64,000 bases of DNA. Source: Callorhinchus milii (taxonomy: Eukaryota). The stretch spans positions 111,478,001-111,542,000 of the forward strand of contig NW_024704742.1 of NCBI RefSeq assembly GCF_018977255.1. Direction: 5' to 3'. Positions 13,365 through 26,489 of the stretch are shown here, one piece after another. The notes under the pieces are model-generated. The model saw nothing but the letters and a program-made list of their open reading frames with translations. It was not told the DNA's origin and made no database searches. The position numbers were made by a program, and so were the translations under genes. Position 1 is the stretch's first letter. Each line of letters opens with the position of its first letter.

Positions 13365-13685
13365 GTGCACCAATGCAGTGCTGGGAGTGTGCTTCATTGT
13401 TGGAGGCACCGTCATTCAGGTAAAATGTTAAACCGAGATCCTGTCTGCCTGTCCAGCTGGATGTTAAAGATCCCATGGCACTAATCGAAAAAAGAAGGGA
13501 GTTTCTCCAAGTTTCCTGGCCAACAATCCCCCAAATAAAATTCACTCACTCACTCAATTGTTGTTTGTAGGACATTGTGCAAATTGGCTGCCGTGTTTCA
13601 TCCACAAAATACATACTGTCATACCACTATACAGTATATCCTGTGAAGCTCTTTGAAGCATCTCAAATGCAAGGATTATTATTGT
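13365..13685 (+). mobile_element. Deu-domain SINE
   Basis: gttggaggcaccgtc..aatgttaaaccgagatcctgtctgcctg..gttaaagatcccatggcact. Confidence 0.85.
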
Positions 13686-13714
13686 GCAAGAGGTTCCACA
13701 AGCCCAGCTCCAAA

Positions 13715-14215
13715 CCTCAGAGAAATGAATTCATGATCCTTCTTCTCACTTTCAAACCCCTTCCATGCCATTCCCCACCTTACCTCTGTGATCTTCTTAA
13801 ACTCTAACAACCTCCCTCAGCCTTTCTGCCCCCGCTCTCTAGTACTCCATTCCAGAATCCTTTTGCCTTGCCCTTTCCCTTTTCTTGAAGTTCCATCTCA
13901 AGACCTTCCTCTTTGACTATGCCTTCAGTCATTTTACGTCCTCACTTGAATCCTAATCCCAGCTCAGGTGCAAATCCTCGACTGTATAGAGCCTTGGGAT
14001 GTCTCCCCGATGTGAAAGACACTATATAAATGCAGTGTTATTGTTATTATTATTACTTCAGGGAAGCCAGTTCTGGAATTGTGCATTTTGAGTGTGCAGA
14101 ATGGCTGCCGCATTTCACCCACAAATATACAATCAATTTACTTTACTGTATATTCTTTGAGACGTCTCAAATATGTGAAAAGCGCTATATCAAATGCAAG
14201 GATTATTATTATATG
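13715..14215 (+). mobile_element. L2 3' fragment followed by a SINE tail
   Basis: RNEFMILLLTFKPL..PPYLCDLL; L2 tail to ~14050; SINE tail 14070-14215. Confidence 0.75.
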
Positions 14216-15202
14216 ATTATTAGCCAGATACAGAACTGCAACTACAGTAGGATCATCATTACTAGCAACATTACAATCCAGCAACCTTCACCTAGAATTC
14301 TAATGTTCAAAATTATTCAGAGGAAAGGGCCATTCAGACTACATCTATGAGAAATACAAACTTATGAAAACAGAAGTAGCCCATTCAGCTGGTCTACCTT
14401 GCACTGACATTTTAGTAGTTTTATAGTTTTAATTGCACAAAAACGTTTTCTGATTTCACTTCTAACCAATGTTTGCTCTAACATTCAAGATTATTATATG
14501 GGGAATGAGATTTCTAGTTTCTTAGAGCAAAGGATAAGTAAGAAAGCAAACCCAGTCATTGCAATCAATGATGCCAAGCCCAGAAAATATGGAAACTATT
14601 TCCATGGGCTACCTGTGGTATAAATAAAATTCCATCCAGGTTTCCTTTTGAAACTCAATACTGGCATATCCTCCCGTTTCACTTGGCTCATACCAAATTT
14701 GATTATCTGGCGTTCTGCATGAGTCACTGTGCAAACATCAGTAGCAATCATGGTGAGAGAGACGAAGCAGGAATGCATCTCCTGTCACCTGAAGATAGAA
14801 TCCTTGTTGGGAATATTGCCTAAGCCCCAGGTAGCGTATCCTATTCCCAACTTTCCTGCTTGGGTTAAGCTTCCCCTCATATAAACGATTCTGGAGTGCA
14901 AATATTAAAGTCGGCAGAAGGTATCCATCTAGCTTCATAATACTTCCCTAAAGTAAACCATGTTTATTAAAACCACATGCACACAAACTTCAACTATCAA
15001 CTGATTCATTGTATGCACTTGACGCCAGTTAATGGGAATGTGGTTAATGAGGACATGTCTTTATAGAGGAACGTTTCTCGGTTGATTCCCAGTGTGTTAA
15101 AATATAATGGGTTTTGGTTGCTGGGGATAACATGACAAACAGGGTAATCTCATTACCATTAGGGTATTTCAAGCCTTATAACAGGATTGAACACTTGTGG
15201 AG

Positions 15203-15558
15203 CAGCAGTGGCCAACCTTTGTGGTTATTTAATCAAGAAAATGTACTTTGTTGGACAACTTTTGTGGTCGACCAACAAAATAAATTCTCTTGATTGAATA
15301 TTTTTTGATTTACAACAACAACAACAAGATTACATTTGTACAGTGCTTTTCACGTTGGGAGGATGTCCCAAGGCATTGGATTTATGCCATGAATCAAGAA
15401 ATATTCAAACAAGAAAAAACTGAAAACGCACTTACGATCGAACATGGACTTACCTAGACTTGTGTGAATATTCAGGGGTTGGGGGTTGAGCGGTGGCACG
15501 CTTCTTGACTACACCATGGGCCATTTCCAGCCCATGGGTCACAGTTTGGCCACCACTG
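15203..15558. mobile_element. hAT-like MITE, opposite orientation to 11139-11720, with an L2 tail inserted at ~15312-15380
   Basis: Termini cagcagtggccaac / gtttggccaccactg; internal ttgattgaatatt and cttcttgac segments shared with the 11139 copy. Confidence 0.65.
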
Positions 15559-16107
15559 TTGCATATCAGACAGGACTTCCAGAGAGAGTAGGTGCAGAAT
15601 TTGGGGCCTGACAAGAGCTTGACTGGATATAATTCCACCTTGAGGTCCAGTCCAGCAGCTAATCCATAATGACTGCAATCTCGAAATAGAAATCCCATTC
15701 GTATGGTAGCACTCGTAGTTTGAATTGAAACCAAATTGACAGCTGAGTTGAATTAAAACACTTCATACAAGCAGTGCAAAGTAGCATAGGTTGGCTTGAA
15801 TCCAATGTTTGTAGAGTTTGATTTTATATTCATTTGAACAAAGTTTTCCATAGTGGAACCAATTTGTATAAACCTTGATGCTCCGTATTAACTTCCATCC
15901 ACACAGTGAGGTAACTGTATAAAGTGTTGCTTAGTTTGGATAGGCAAGAATGCTCTTATGAGTTTAACTATGTCACCTGTATAAATGGGTCAGACACTAT
16001 TTTTAATGTTGGTATTAACTATTTAGCTAATGACCTCACAAGAATCTCACAAAATATTTGTGTTGATATTTCATAAATACAACTTTTCTTGTAAGTTCAT
16101 ATTTTGA

Positions 16108-16611
16108 TGGGTGATGTTTGTGTGCATTCACTTCAATATCATCAACAACAACTTGCATTTATATATTTATATAGTGCCCTTCATGCAGCATTGCATCTCA
16201 TGGATCAGCTATGATCTAATAGAATGGCTGAACAGGCTGCTCCTGTGCTCCAGAGTGCTGAAATACAATATCAGTGTCAAACACTTCCAGGTCGGGTGTA
16301 GGTACCAGGAACAGAACAAAGCTCTTTCCTCCACTAAGGCGGTGCAACACACTTTAGTCAGCCACCTCCTGCTGTACCAATATGATTATTAAAATTCAAC
16401 TTTGTCTCATCCTGCAAGAAGTTTTTTCTTAAAATTTAAAATCGTACAGAACTGCGGAAAATTCTTAAATTCAGAAGCTGGTTCTTTTTAAGAACTGTGG
16501 AAAACCAACTTTTAAGTTAAGACTGTTTTGAAGAATTTGTCCACAGTTCTCACAATTTGAAATTTGAAGACATATGACACTGTTGAAGTGAATGAACACA
16601 AACATCACCCA
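16108..16611. mobile_element. Putative MITE bounded by 29-bp inverted repeats
   Basis: tgggtgatgtttgtgtgcattcacttcaa (16108-16136) vs ttgaagtgaatgaacacaaacatcaccca (16583-16611), 1 mismatch; internal palindrome ~16448-16550. Confidence 0.7.
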
Positions 16612-16649
16612 ACTCTCTCTGGAAGTGGTGGCCAAACTGTGGCCCATTA

Positions 16650-17935
16650 TGTTCCATTTGAAATCCACCACCTGCTCCCTCTACCCCATCCCTACCCCTC
16701 TGCTTTACCTTCCAGCTCCATCTCTACTCACAGACATCATCAACCTCTCCTTCTCCATTGGCACCATCCTCCTGGCTTGAAATGTAATTTCTTGTTGTTG
16801 GTTTTGGTGTTCTTCCCAGCCCCTTAAAAACAGCCGGCATCATCCCCATGCTGAAAAAACACTCCCTGGATCCATTCGTGCTCTGCAATTACTGCCCCAT
16901 CTCCAACGTCTCTCTCCTTTCCAGGGTCTTGGAAGGAATTGTTGCCTTCCAGCTTCACTCCTTCCTCTCCCACCACTCCTTCTACGAACCCCTTCAATCG
17001 GGTTTTTGTCATGTCATTGAATTATAATGATAATAATCCTTGCATTTGATATGGCATTTTTCACGTCTTCTAGACGTCTCAAAGTGCTTCACAGAATATG
17101 CTGTAAAGTGGATTGACTGTATTTTTGTGGGCAAAGCGCGGCAGCCAATTGCGCACAGCAGTGTCCCATAATCAGTCGTGGATTGAAAATTACTAATTTA
17201 CTATTATTTTGTTTTGGAGGGATTATTATTAGACGTGTGGAGTAAGTAAACTTGCCCAGGGTTTCGCCCTGCCTGGAATTGAACCCAGGTGTCTCGCTTG
17301 CAAGGCGAGTGCTCTAACCACTGAACTCCACAATTGTTCAGATAATACCTTGCACACCATCTCCGCTTTATCTCCAAAAACGGCTTGTCCTCCAGCCCCT
17401 GCACCATCTGGTGTGGTGTTCCTCAGAGCTCTGTCCTTGATTCTCTTCTCTTCAACATGTACATGCTCTCTCTTGGTGACATCATCCGCAGACATAGGTT
17501 CAACATCCACATATATGCGGATGATACCCAACTATCTCTCTACCTCCAAACTAGAGTTCAAAATCCTTATCCTTGCCTTCAAAGCCTTCCATTTCCTTGC
17601 TCCTTCCTACCACTGTTACCTGCTAATGCCATATCAGCCTGTCTGCTCCCTGCCCAGCCCTCCCCACTGTCGGTAGTCGGGTCTTCAGCTTCTCTGCTCC
17701 CACTCTTTGGAACTCCATCCCACAGTCCCTTCACCTTGCTCCCTCACTTGTCTCCTTCAAGACAAGTCTCAAGACCCTTCTCTTCGACTGCACCTTCAGC
17801 CAACCTACTACCCTCCCTGCTCTCTACCCCTCCAGATCCTAAGCCCAGGCTCGAGTCCAAATTCCTAACTGTCCATCGCCATGGAACATCTTCCCGACAT
17901 GAAAAATGTGATACAAATATAATTTGTTATTGCTG
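16650..17935 (+). mobile_element. Fragmented L2 (subfamily A) split by a family-2 SINE
   Basis: NYCPISN-like segment ~16890; GVPQSSVLDSLLFNMY..IYADDTQL at 17385-17540; L2 tail ~17880-17930. Confidence 0.85.
17025..17330 (-). mobile_element. tRNA-Ala-headed SINE (family 2)
   Basis: Reverse complement tcagtggttagagcactcgccttgcaagcgag..ggttcaattcc; anticodon arm ctcgc-cttgcaa-gcgag. Confidence 0.9.
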
Positions 17936-18999
17936 TACAGGAATTTCCAGCCTCATGTGTTTTCAGAGCCAGTCTGACAATTGATGCCAAATTGAATGTA
18001 GTTTTCTGTTGTGAATCTATGCTCAGTAAGATGAAACAGCCCAAACACATTTGTGCACTAACTTGCTGTGTTACCCAGTGAAGTCATCATGTCAATAGTG
18101 TGACCATTTGGTAACCACACTTGTATTGATATTATGCATTTGATGTAGCATCTTATGCATGTCATTGAGATGTCTCAAAGAGCTTCACAGAATATACTGT
18201 GAAGTGAATTGACTGTGCATTTTGTGTAGAGCAAAAGCTGTTTTGACAGTAACAACAACAACAACAATTTACATTCCTATAGCATCTTTCACATTGGGAG
18301 AATATTTCAGGCTTTTCATACAATAGACTGGAAACCTAAACAAGGTCAGGGATCTGAGGAGGGGCAAGGAAATGTAACACTGCATTCAGTCAGACTTTAA
18401 GAACATTGGCACATTAGGCATAGTGTCACTTGAGGCAGGTTTAATGTTCTGCCAGGCTGACCATTAAAGAAGCTTGAGCTAGCATTAAACCTAATGTGAG
18501 TAGCAGGTGGCGGACAAGTCAATTCAGAAGATTGATGAAAAAGTCAATCTGCTCAGTCAACCTTGCCAACTTACATAGTGTGAGACAAAGATACAGTGCT
18601 CAGTCAGAATTAGGAATAGCATGAAAACTTTCCATTCCCCAAGTCTGGAGAGTGGCCTTTCAAGGCATTGAATCAGCCAGTTGTCACCACTCTTGGTGAT
18701 GTGTGCTATATGGGTTCCAGATGCAATGCAAGACATCCTGATCTGTTGAGCATTGGTCTATCTTGTATCATTGTATTACGTACAGCATGTTGGCTGTTGT
18801 CTGGCCTTGCATTTTGGCAGTAGTATCAGCTACTCCTCTTTGGCTTCTTCACTTGACAATGGTTTGGGATGTGGATCAATTATTTGTCCATCATGTGATA
18901 TGAAGGAAAGTATAATGGGGACTTATGTTGTTTGCTGAGAGTTTGGTTTGTTCTTGGGGGCCATTGGATAGAATGCTTAATGATAATGTAATATTCTCT

Positions 19000-19251
19000 T
19001 CTAGATTTACCCAGTGAATAGAGGTGTTTAAAATTAAAGAGGTCTGGAAAGCATTGCCTGAAAGGGTGGTGGAAACAGATTCGATAATATCTTTCAAAGG
19101 GAATTGGGTAGGAACTTAAAAAGGAAAAAAAATGTAAGGCTATGAGGTAAGAGCAGGGGAGTGGGACTAGTTGGTAGCTCTTTCAAAGAGCCAAACAGGC
19201 ACGATGGGCCGAATGGTAAGCTTCTATGATTCTATTCTATTCTATTCTATG
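19000..19251 (+). mobile_element. CR1 LINE 3' end with (TTCTA)n tail
   Basis: cattgcctgaaagggtggtggaaacagattc; acgatgggccgaatgg; ttctatgattctattctat. Confidence 0.85.
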
Positions 19252-19299
19252 AAATCACATGAAATATCAAAGTGAACAACAATAATGCTTACATTATAT

Positions 19300-20145
19300 A
19301 TAATAATCCTTGCATTTGATATAGCCTTATCATGTTGTTGAGATGTCTCAAAGCACTTCCTAGGATTTTACTCGAAAGTATAGTGACTGTGTATTTTGTA
19401 CATTAATGCAGCAGCCAGTTCACAAACAGCAATGTCCCATAAACAATCATGAATAAAACGGAATTTTTTTGTGTTTGATCTGGTATACAATATATTATGC
19501 CTTGAGGCATCCTCCCGACATGAAAGGCATTATATATTGTACTGTATGTTATTCTTGTCTTAATAATATGATGTTATATGTGGTTAATATTTTTATACAG
19601 TGATATAACCTGGCATATTAAAAGCCAAGGGATACAATGGATCTGGATCACAAAGGATTCACGAGGTGGCAAATTATGGTCACTCATTTTCCTGCCAAAA
19701 TGAGTGATTTCAGTTTATTAGCTTTTGTGAGACATACAACAGGATTTGTAAATAACAAATTGCAACCAACTCTCTGGAACTTTGCTGGGACACTGATCTC
19801 AGTTTCGACTTCCGGTTATGTCAGGGACTAACTCGAGTTCCAGAGATCGCATGACACTTTTAGATGAAACGTTAAAGCGAGGTCCCATCTGCCTGTTCAG
19901 GTAGATGTTAAAGATCTCATGCCATATTTGAAAAGCAAAGACTGTTCTCCCAGTGTCTTGGCTAACAATCCAACAAATAAAATTGGTCATATGTTTCATG
20001 GCTGTTTGTGGGACATTGCCGTGTACAATTGTGCTGCAGCTGCCTGCAAATACAGAATCACTCCATTTCACAGTAAATCCTGTGAAGTGTTTTGAGATGT
20101 CCTTCCGATATGATAAAGTACCAAACAAAATGCAAGAATTTTTGT
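19300..20145. mobile_element. Divergent SINE pair: minus tail 19300-19470 and plus Deu SINE 19860-20145
   Basis: Shared tail and core motifs in opposite orientations. Confidence 0.8.
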
Positions 20146-20559
20146 AACACAGTCATGATCTGCTATTTGCAAATAATTTTATGAATGCAACAAATTTATA
20201 TCAGTCGTTATTATGATCTGTCTTTACTCTGAGTAGTTTGATGTTTCGCAGCTGCTTTCTGTGGAGCTGTGTATCCATCTTTTTTTGATGTTTTATTAAA
20301 TTTGTCAGCATATTTAGACCAGGTATTTTGATACTCACTGGCTCTGGTAAATAGTTTTTTCAGCTTGCAAGATCCATTTTCTTTTCAATGAATTCTTTCA
20401 GTAGAATATAAAATTCAGGCTGCTTGGAACATAACTTGGACCTCAGTGTGGTTTGGCTAACCATTTCGTTTCAGTTGCTGCTTGTGCAAAATAAATCACA
20501 TTCAATCACAAAGGTTAAGGGGAGGTCAGCTCTGCTTATTTGGGAATTTTATTTGCAAA

Positions 20560-21035
20560 TTTTCTCCCTTTTTCTCCTCTCTTAATTCTCAAGATGTTGA
20601 TTTCTGCTGGGTTTAGGCACTGGCACTTTATTACTTTGTCCAAGTAGTCTTCATATTTTGAATGTGAAGAGAGTGAATGTCGGCAGGCTAGTCAAGCATT
20701 TGAGCATGTTACAACCAAGTCCAGCCTGTTCTCACTGATGTCCATTTTACAGCATGGGCTAATGGATAGCACTTAAAACCTAAGCTAATGGGCCGCAATT
20801 AAAACTATAAAACTACTAAAATGTCAGTGCAGGCTAGGTGCAAACTGGTATCCAACTCCAGTTGGTATCTTTGTCTTTAATTTAGAGGCACTAAGGCCAA
20901 TTGTAAATCCCCATCTATTGCCTCACTTGAGATCAGTTACTTTAACACAGACAAGGAATCAGACTTTTACATTTCTGCTCTGTATGGTACAATACTCCAT
21001 TGGGCATTCCCTTTACACATTATGCCATCGGAGCT
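20560..21035 (-). mobile_element. Old SINE-like element (AmnSINE2-like by recollection)
   Basis: Reverse complement has ccatacagagcag..ctgatctcaag..tacaattggccttagtgcc..gctatcca..tagcctgccgacattcact; related piece near 41125-41170. Family name from memory, not from a search. Confidence 0.5.
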
Positions 21036-21062
21036 CTGTTCGCTAATTTTTTTTTAATGAAG

Positions 21063-21665
21063 CAACAACAACAACAAAATTACATTTGTATCGCGCCTTT
21101 CACATCAGGAGGATGTCCCAAGGTGCTGGACAGACAGAATTTCGGACCCAAGCTGAGGGTCGGGGTGTGGGAGGCGGGAGGGAAGCAGGGAGATCGAAAG
21201 CACGGTCGAAGAGGAGGATCTTGAGGTGGGTCTTGAAGATGGCGAGGGAGAGGGTGAGACGGAGAGAGTGCGGGATGGAATTCCAGAGGGTGGGTGCAGA
21301 GTGGCGGAAGGTCTTCAGGCAATAGTGGGGCGAGCAAGGCAGGGAACGTGAAGCAGCCCGGAGCCCACTGAGCGGAGGGAGCGAACATTGTGGTAGGGGG
21401 TTAGGAGGTCAGAGAGGTAAGGTGGAGCAAGACCGTGGAGGGTTTTGAAGGTGAGGACCAGTATCTTGAACTGTATCCTCTGTGTAATGGGAAGCCAGTG
21501 GAGTTGGGCAAGGATGGGGGTGATAGGGTTATGGAGCCTAGTGCGGGGGAGGACACATGCTGCAGAGTTCTGGATGATCTGAAGCCTTTGGAGCGACGAG
21601 TTGGGGAGGCCAACAAGCAGTGAGTTTACCTAGTCAAGCCTCAATGTAATGAAGGCGTGTATGAA
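21063..21665 (-). mobile_element. L2 3' end (subfamily A)
   Basis: Closely matches the reverse complement of 62030-62620; (caa)n tail. Confidence 0.92.
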
Positions 21666-21764
21666 ACTCACAAAGTGGAGCTTAAAATCTGAATCTTTTA
21701 GGAACATAGGAAAACTGAAGGAGGCCATTCAACCCATCAAGCTCAGTTCACTTTCTAGACTGAC

Positions 21765-22730
21765 CAGTGCTGGGTGAAGCTCTGCATTGGTAGTGGTGGT
21801 GTCGTTCAGATAAGATGTTAATCCGAGGTCCCTTCTACCTGTTCAGGTGTATGGTAAAGATCCTATGACAATATTCAAAATGAGAAGGAAGTTTTTCCCC
21901 AACAAATCACCAGATAAATTGATTATTCACTTCATGGAATAAGGGTATTGATGTTAATAAATCTTTAAAGGTGGGAAGTCAGATCGCCAGAGCTGTAAAA
22001 AATGCTAATGGAATCCAAGGTTTATAAATATGGGTATAGAGTATAACGGCAAAGAGGTCATGCTAAACGCATATAACTCATCAGCCAGACTGCAGTTACA
22101 GTATTGATACAGTATACAGTATTGTATCCAGTATTGATCATCCCACTACTGGAAAGATGTCAAGGCGATAGAGGAGTGCATGGGAGATTTACTAGGATGA
22201 TACTAGATATTAAGTGGTTTGAACTATTGAACTGGGACTTTTTCCACTCAAACAAAAAAGGTTTCATGATGACCTGATAGAGGTCTTTAAAGTTATGAAG
22301 GGTTTTTGCTAATTGGGAGTAAATCAGTTGGTCCATAAATAGAGGGTATCAATTTAAGATAGTTAGTAAACAAACAAATGGAGAGGCTAGGAGAAAACAT
22401 TTTCACTCAGAGTAGTATATAAAATAGTCTGCCGGGAGCGGTGGTTGAGGCAGAATCCATATTGGCTTTCAAGAGGGAACAAGACAAGTAACTTCTTTTT
22501 TTAAAAAAATAGCTACAGGAGATTGGGACTGAAGGATTGTTCTTGAGGGAGCCGCACAGACACGATAGATCGAATGGCCTAAATTTCTATGGTTCTGTGG
22601 CACGTTGCTTTGCGAAATTAGCTGCCATGTTTGTCTACAAATGCACAGTTGCCGTACTTGACAGCGATCATATATGAAACAGTTTGCGGTGTTTCAATAT
22701 TCTTGACAATATATCAAATGGAAAGATAAT
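21765..22730 (+). mobile_element. Deu SINE interrupted by a CR1 3' fragment (~21938-22594)
   Basis: SINE core to cacttcatgg, then CR1 ORF2 C-terminus and ttctatggttct tail, then SINE tail resumes. Confidence 0.8.
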
Positions 22731-23904
22731 TATCATTGCTAATAAGTGAAATCAAAATGGTTAGATTTCACACAGGCAATGGTGTTGAAAGGTGAGTCGG
22801 TATAAACAGTTAAACCACTTGCTGTTACCCTTAAAAATACTCGAAAAGGGTGTTCGGTCCTAAATGAGATTATTTCAAAGTATGATTCAAACCATGACTT
22901 CATTACAATGACTTTACTGTTTGTACTTAGTGTTTAGGAATGAAATTAAGAAAAAGATTCTCTGAAACTGTCACACCTTCGCAGTGTAATATATTCAGCA
23001 CGGTACACGAACAAAAATAAAACGCTTTGTCTTGTTTTTATTCTGGCAGACTCAGTCCTTTTCTTCATTGCTATGTTTATGTTAATCTAGCGACTCTAGA
23101 GAGGAGTGCAATAGGATGATTAATGTAAGTGTTTTTAAAGAACAGCACATTGAATTATTGTAGCATTGGTGCTGCAACTGAAGTTGACTTGCTCAGTATT
23201 TGTTTGTGTCTCATGGGAATGTTAGTAATGTAAAGGACCTGAAAATAAACTAATTCTAACATGAAGCTCCTATATACTTAAGTCTCTGAGGCCTATAGTA
23301 ACATTCTTCACATTGGCATTCCAACACAACCATTTTTATTTCATTTGTAATACAGCACACATGCTAAAAGATGTTTTGTGTGCAAAGAGTAACAAATGCT
23401 ATTCTGGTCTGAGCAAGCATTTTAATGCCATCATATTTTCTTTTGCAAATCCAAAGAGAAGACAGTATCAAAGTGAACAATCCTTCAGTGATACCAGTAC
23501 CTAAGAACAACATTATTGCCTGGTGTACAGTTTTGAAATGGCTGCTGAATGTTCTGCCTACTTAAACCATCAGAAGGTATAAATAAGATAATTGAAATAT
23601 GAATTTGACATCCAAACCCATTTACTTTTCCTCGTTTGATTTGTTGGGAGGATGCAGGACCTTTCTCTAAATCCCAATTATACTGCCAGACGTGATGCTG
23701 CATCACTGGCAGAGGAGAGCAACAACAACATAAACTTGCATTTATGTCGTGTCCAGGAGAGCACTGCAAACAGGTAAACCAAAGTTAAAATGGTTAGCCA
23801 CTTAGCCACTTCAAATTTGTCATTCATTGAACAATTCCCTCCATAGAATCGCAAATTAGAATCAAAACACCAGTGTGTGGTAAACCTATGTGTCTAGTGG
23901 TATT

Positions 23905-24150
23905 AACCTTTCTGGCAGCTCCTTCCGTTCAGCGGGCATTGACCTGGTCCATGTCCCCTGCCCTGCCCCGCCACCCCCACCATTGGCAGACGGGGTTTCA
24001 CCTTTTCTACCCCCACCCTTTGGAACTTCATCCCACCCTTCGTCTCTCCCACTCCCTTGCTCCCTTCAAGGCCAGCCTCAAGACCTTCCACCTTGACTGT
24101 TCCTTTGGCCAAACTCCTACGCCCGTTTCCCCTACACTCCAACCATCTTG
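23905..24150 (+). mobile_element. L2 3' fragment
   Basis: FKASLKTFHLDCSF and cctttggaacttcatccc match the L2 ORF2 end. Confidence 0.8.
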
Positions 24151-24194
24151 ATTCCAGCTCAAACGTATTTGAGACAATACAGAACAGGTACACA

Positions 24195-26230
24195 CCCCTA
24201 AAGTGCAAAAGCTCCAATCCAATTGTGTAGTTAAGCAACCATGGTGGACAAAAGAGATTAGAGACTGTATCAAGGTAAAAGAAAAGGTTTATTCAAATGC
24301 AAGAAAAAGTGGGAATGCAGAGGATTGGGAGAACTACAAAAGGCAACAAAGGGATACAACGAAAGTAGTAAGAGGAGCAAAAAGGGAGTATGAAAAAAAC
24401 TTGCAAGGGATATTAAAACCAATAGTAAAAGCTTTTATAAATATATTAAATGAAGGAGAATGGTCAAGGGGAATGTGGATCCGTTAAAGACAGATGTAGG
24501 TGAGACTATAATGGAAAATAAGGAAATAGCTGACTTGTTAAATAAATACTTCGCTACCGTTTTTACAGTAGAGGATGAGGAAGGACAAAATACCAGCCGT
24601 ATAGGGGAACCAAAAAATAAGTCAAAGGGAAACGCTTAATAAAATTAATATGAAAAAAGGTAATGGAGAAAATAATGAGACTCAAGGTACACAAATCTCC
24701 AGGAACTGATAGTTTCCACCCCAGGGTGTTAAAGGAAATAGGAAAGGAAATTGCAGGTGCATTCATCATAATTTTCAAGAGCTCACTAAATTCGAGAATT
24801 GTGCCCTTAGATTGGAAAATTGCGAATGTCACCCCTTTATTTAAGAAGGGAGAAACCAGGAAACTACAGACCTATCAGCTTAATGTCAGTTGTAGGGAAA
24901 ACACTGGAATCCATCATTAGGGACAGAGTGACTGAACACTTGGACAGGTATGAGTTAGTCAAAGAGAGTCAGCATGGGTTTGTGAAGGGTAGGTCGTGTC
25001 TGACTAATCTAGTTGAATTTTTTGAGGAGGTCACTGAAATGGTGGATAAGAGTGTCTATGGATGTTGTTTATATGGACTTTCAGAAGGTGTTTGATAAGG
25101 TTCCACACAAAAGATTATCAGCGAAAATGGAAGCACATGGAGTCGGAGGTAACCTTGTGACGTGGCTTGGTAATTGGTTGGGAGACAGAAACAGAGAGTA
25201 GGGATAAAGGGAACATTCTCTGATTGGCGGGACGTGACAAGTGGTGTCTGTACTGAGACCCCAGCTATTCGCCACATTTTTTAAATGACTTGGTTGAAGG
25301 AATAGAAAATTTTATATCCGAGTTTGCAGATGACACTAAGCTAGGAGGCTCAGTAAGTTGTGTAGATGGGAGTAGGAAGTTACAAAGGACAGACTAAGTG
25401 AGTGGGCAAAACTGTGGCAGATGGAGTTCAATGTAGGGAAGTGTGAGGTCATCCACTATGGACCGAAAAAAGATAATGTAGAATATTTTCTTAATGGGGA
25501 GTAATTAAGAACTGTGGAGGAGCAAAGAGATCTGGATGTCCATATCCACAAATCACTAAAAAATAGTTCCCAGGTGCAAAAAGTAATCAAAAAGGCACAT
25601 TGAATGTTGGCCTTTATCTCAAGGGGCCTGGAATACAAAGGAGAAAAAATTATACTTCAGCTGTATAGAGCGTTAGTGAAACCCCATGTGCAGTACTGCG
25701 TTCAGTTTTGGGCACCGCACCTCAGGAAAGATATATTGGCCCTGGAGGGGGTGCACTGCAGGTTCACCAGTATGTTAACAGGCCTAAAGGGTTAAGTTAC
25801 AAGGAAAGGCCGTACAAACTTGGATTGTATTCCTTTGAATGTAGATGGTTGAGGAGTGATTTGATTGCTGTATTTAAGATGATAAAGTGATTTGATAGGG
25901 TGGATACAGAGAAGCTATTTCCTCTGGAGGAGGAATCCAAAACAAGGGGGCATAGTCTTAAAATTAGAACCAGGCCATTTAAGAGTGAAATCAGAAAGCA
26001 TTTGTTCACTCAAAGGGTGGTAGAAATCAGGAATTCTCTCCCCAAAAGGCTGTGGATCCTGGATCCATCCACACCTTCAAGAGTGAGGTTGATAGATTTT
26101 TGGTAGGTCAGGGTATTAAAGAATATAGGGAGAAAGCGGGAAATAGGAATTGAAAGAATTAGTTGAGATACAGATCAGCCATGATCTAATTAAATGATGG
26201 AACAGGCTCGAATGGCCTCCTCCTGTTCCC
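24195..26230 (+). mobile_element. 5'-truncated CR1 LINE, ORF2 reverse transcriptase, frameshifted
   Basis: PWWTKEI, KSPGTDSFHPRVLKE, NYRPISLMSV, QHGFVKGRSCLTNL, DFQKVFDKVPH, FADD (~25323), YCVQFWAP, TRGHSLK; 3' gatcagccatgatc..gaatggcct. Confidence 0.97.
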
Positions 26231-26486
26231 TCCGTTCCATCATTGGAGGTACGGCTTTCAGCCACTACACCCCAAAACTGAGGAAAACTCTCCCTCAATC
26301 CCTCCGCCTTGCCCCCCCTCTCCCCTTTTACAAGTCCTGCCTGAAAACCTCCCTTTTCAACTGTGCTAATGGTCACCTCCCCACCCCTGCCCCCAGCTTG
26401 GAGTCAGGCTCTGCCACTGTTAAGCGCTCTGAGACGCTACCCTGAGTGGAGGGCACTATATAAGGAAAGTTGTTGTAGTTGTTGTT
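26228..26486 (+). mobile_element. L2 3' end (subfamily B)
   Basis: GGTAFSHYTPKL; gagggcactatataagg..(ttg)n. Confidence 0.88.
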
Positions 26487-26489
26487 GTG

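Noticed and set aside
14685..14800. Minus-strand exon after ttctatcttcag
   Set aside because: Stops in all frames from the acceptor; weak donor
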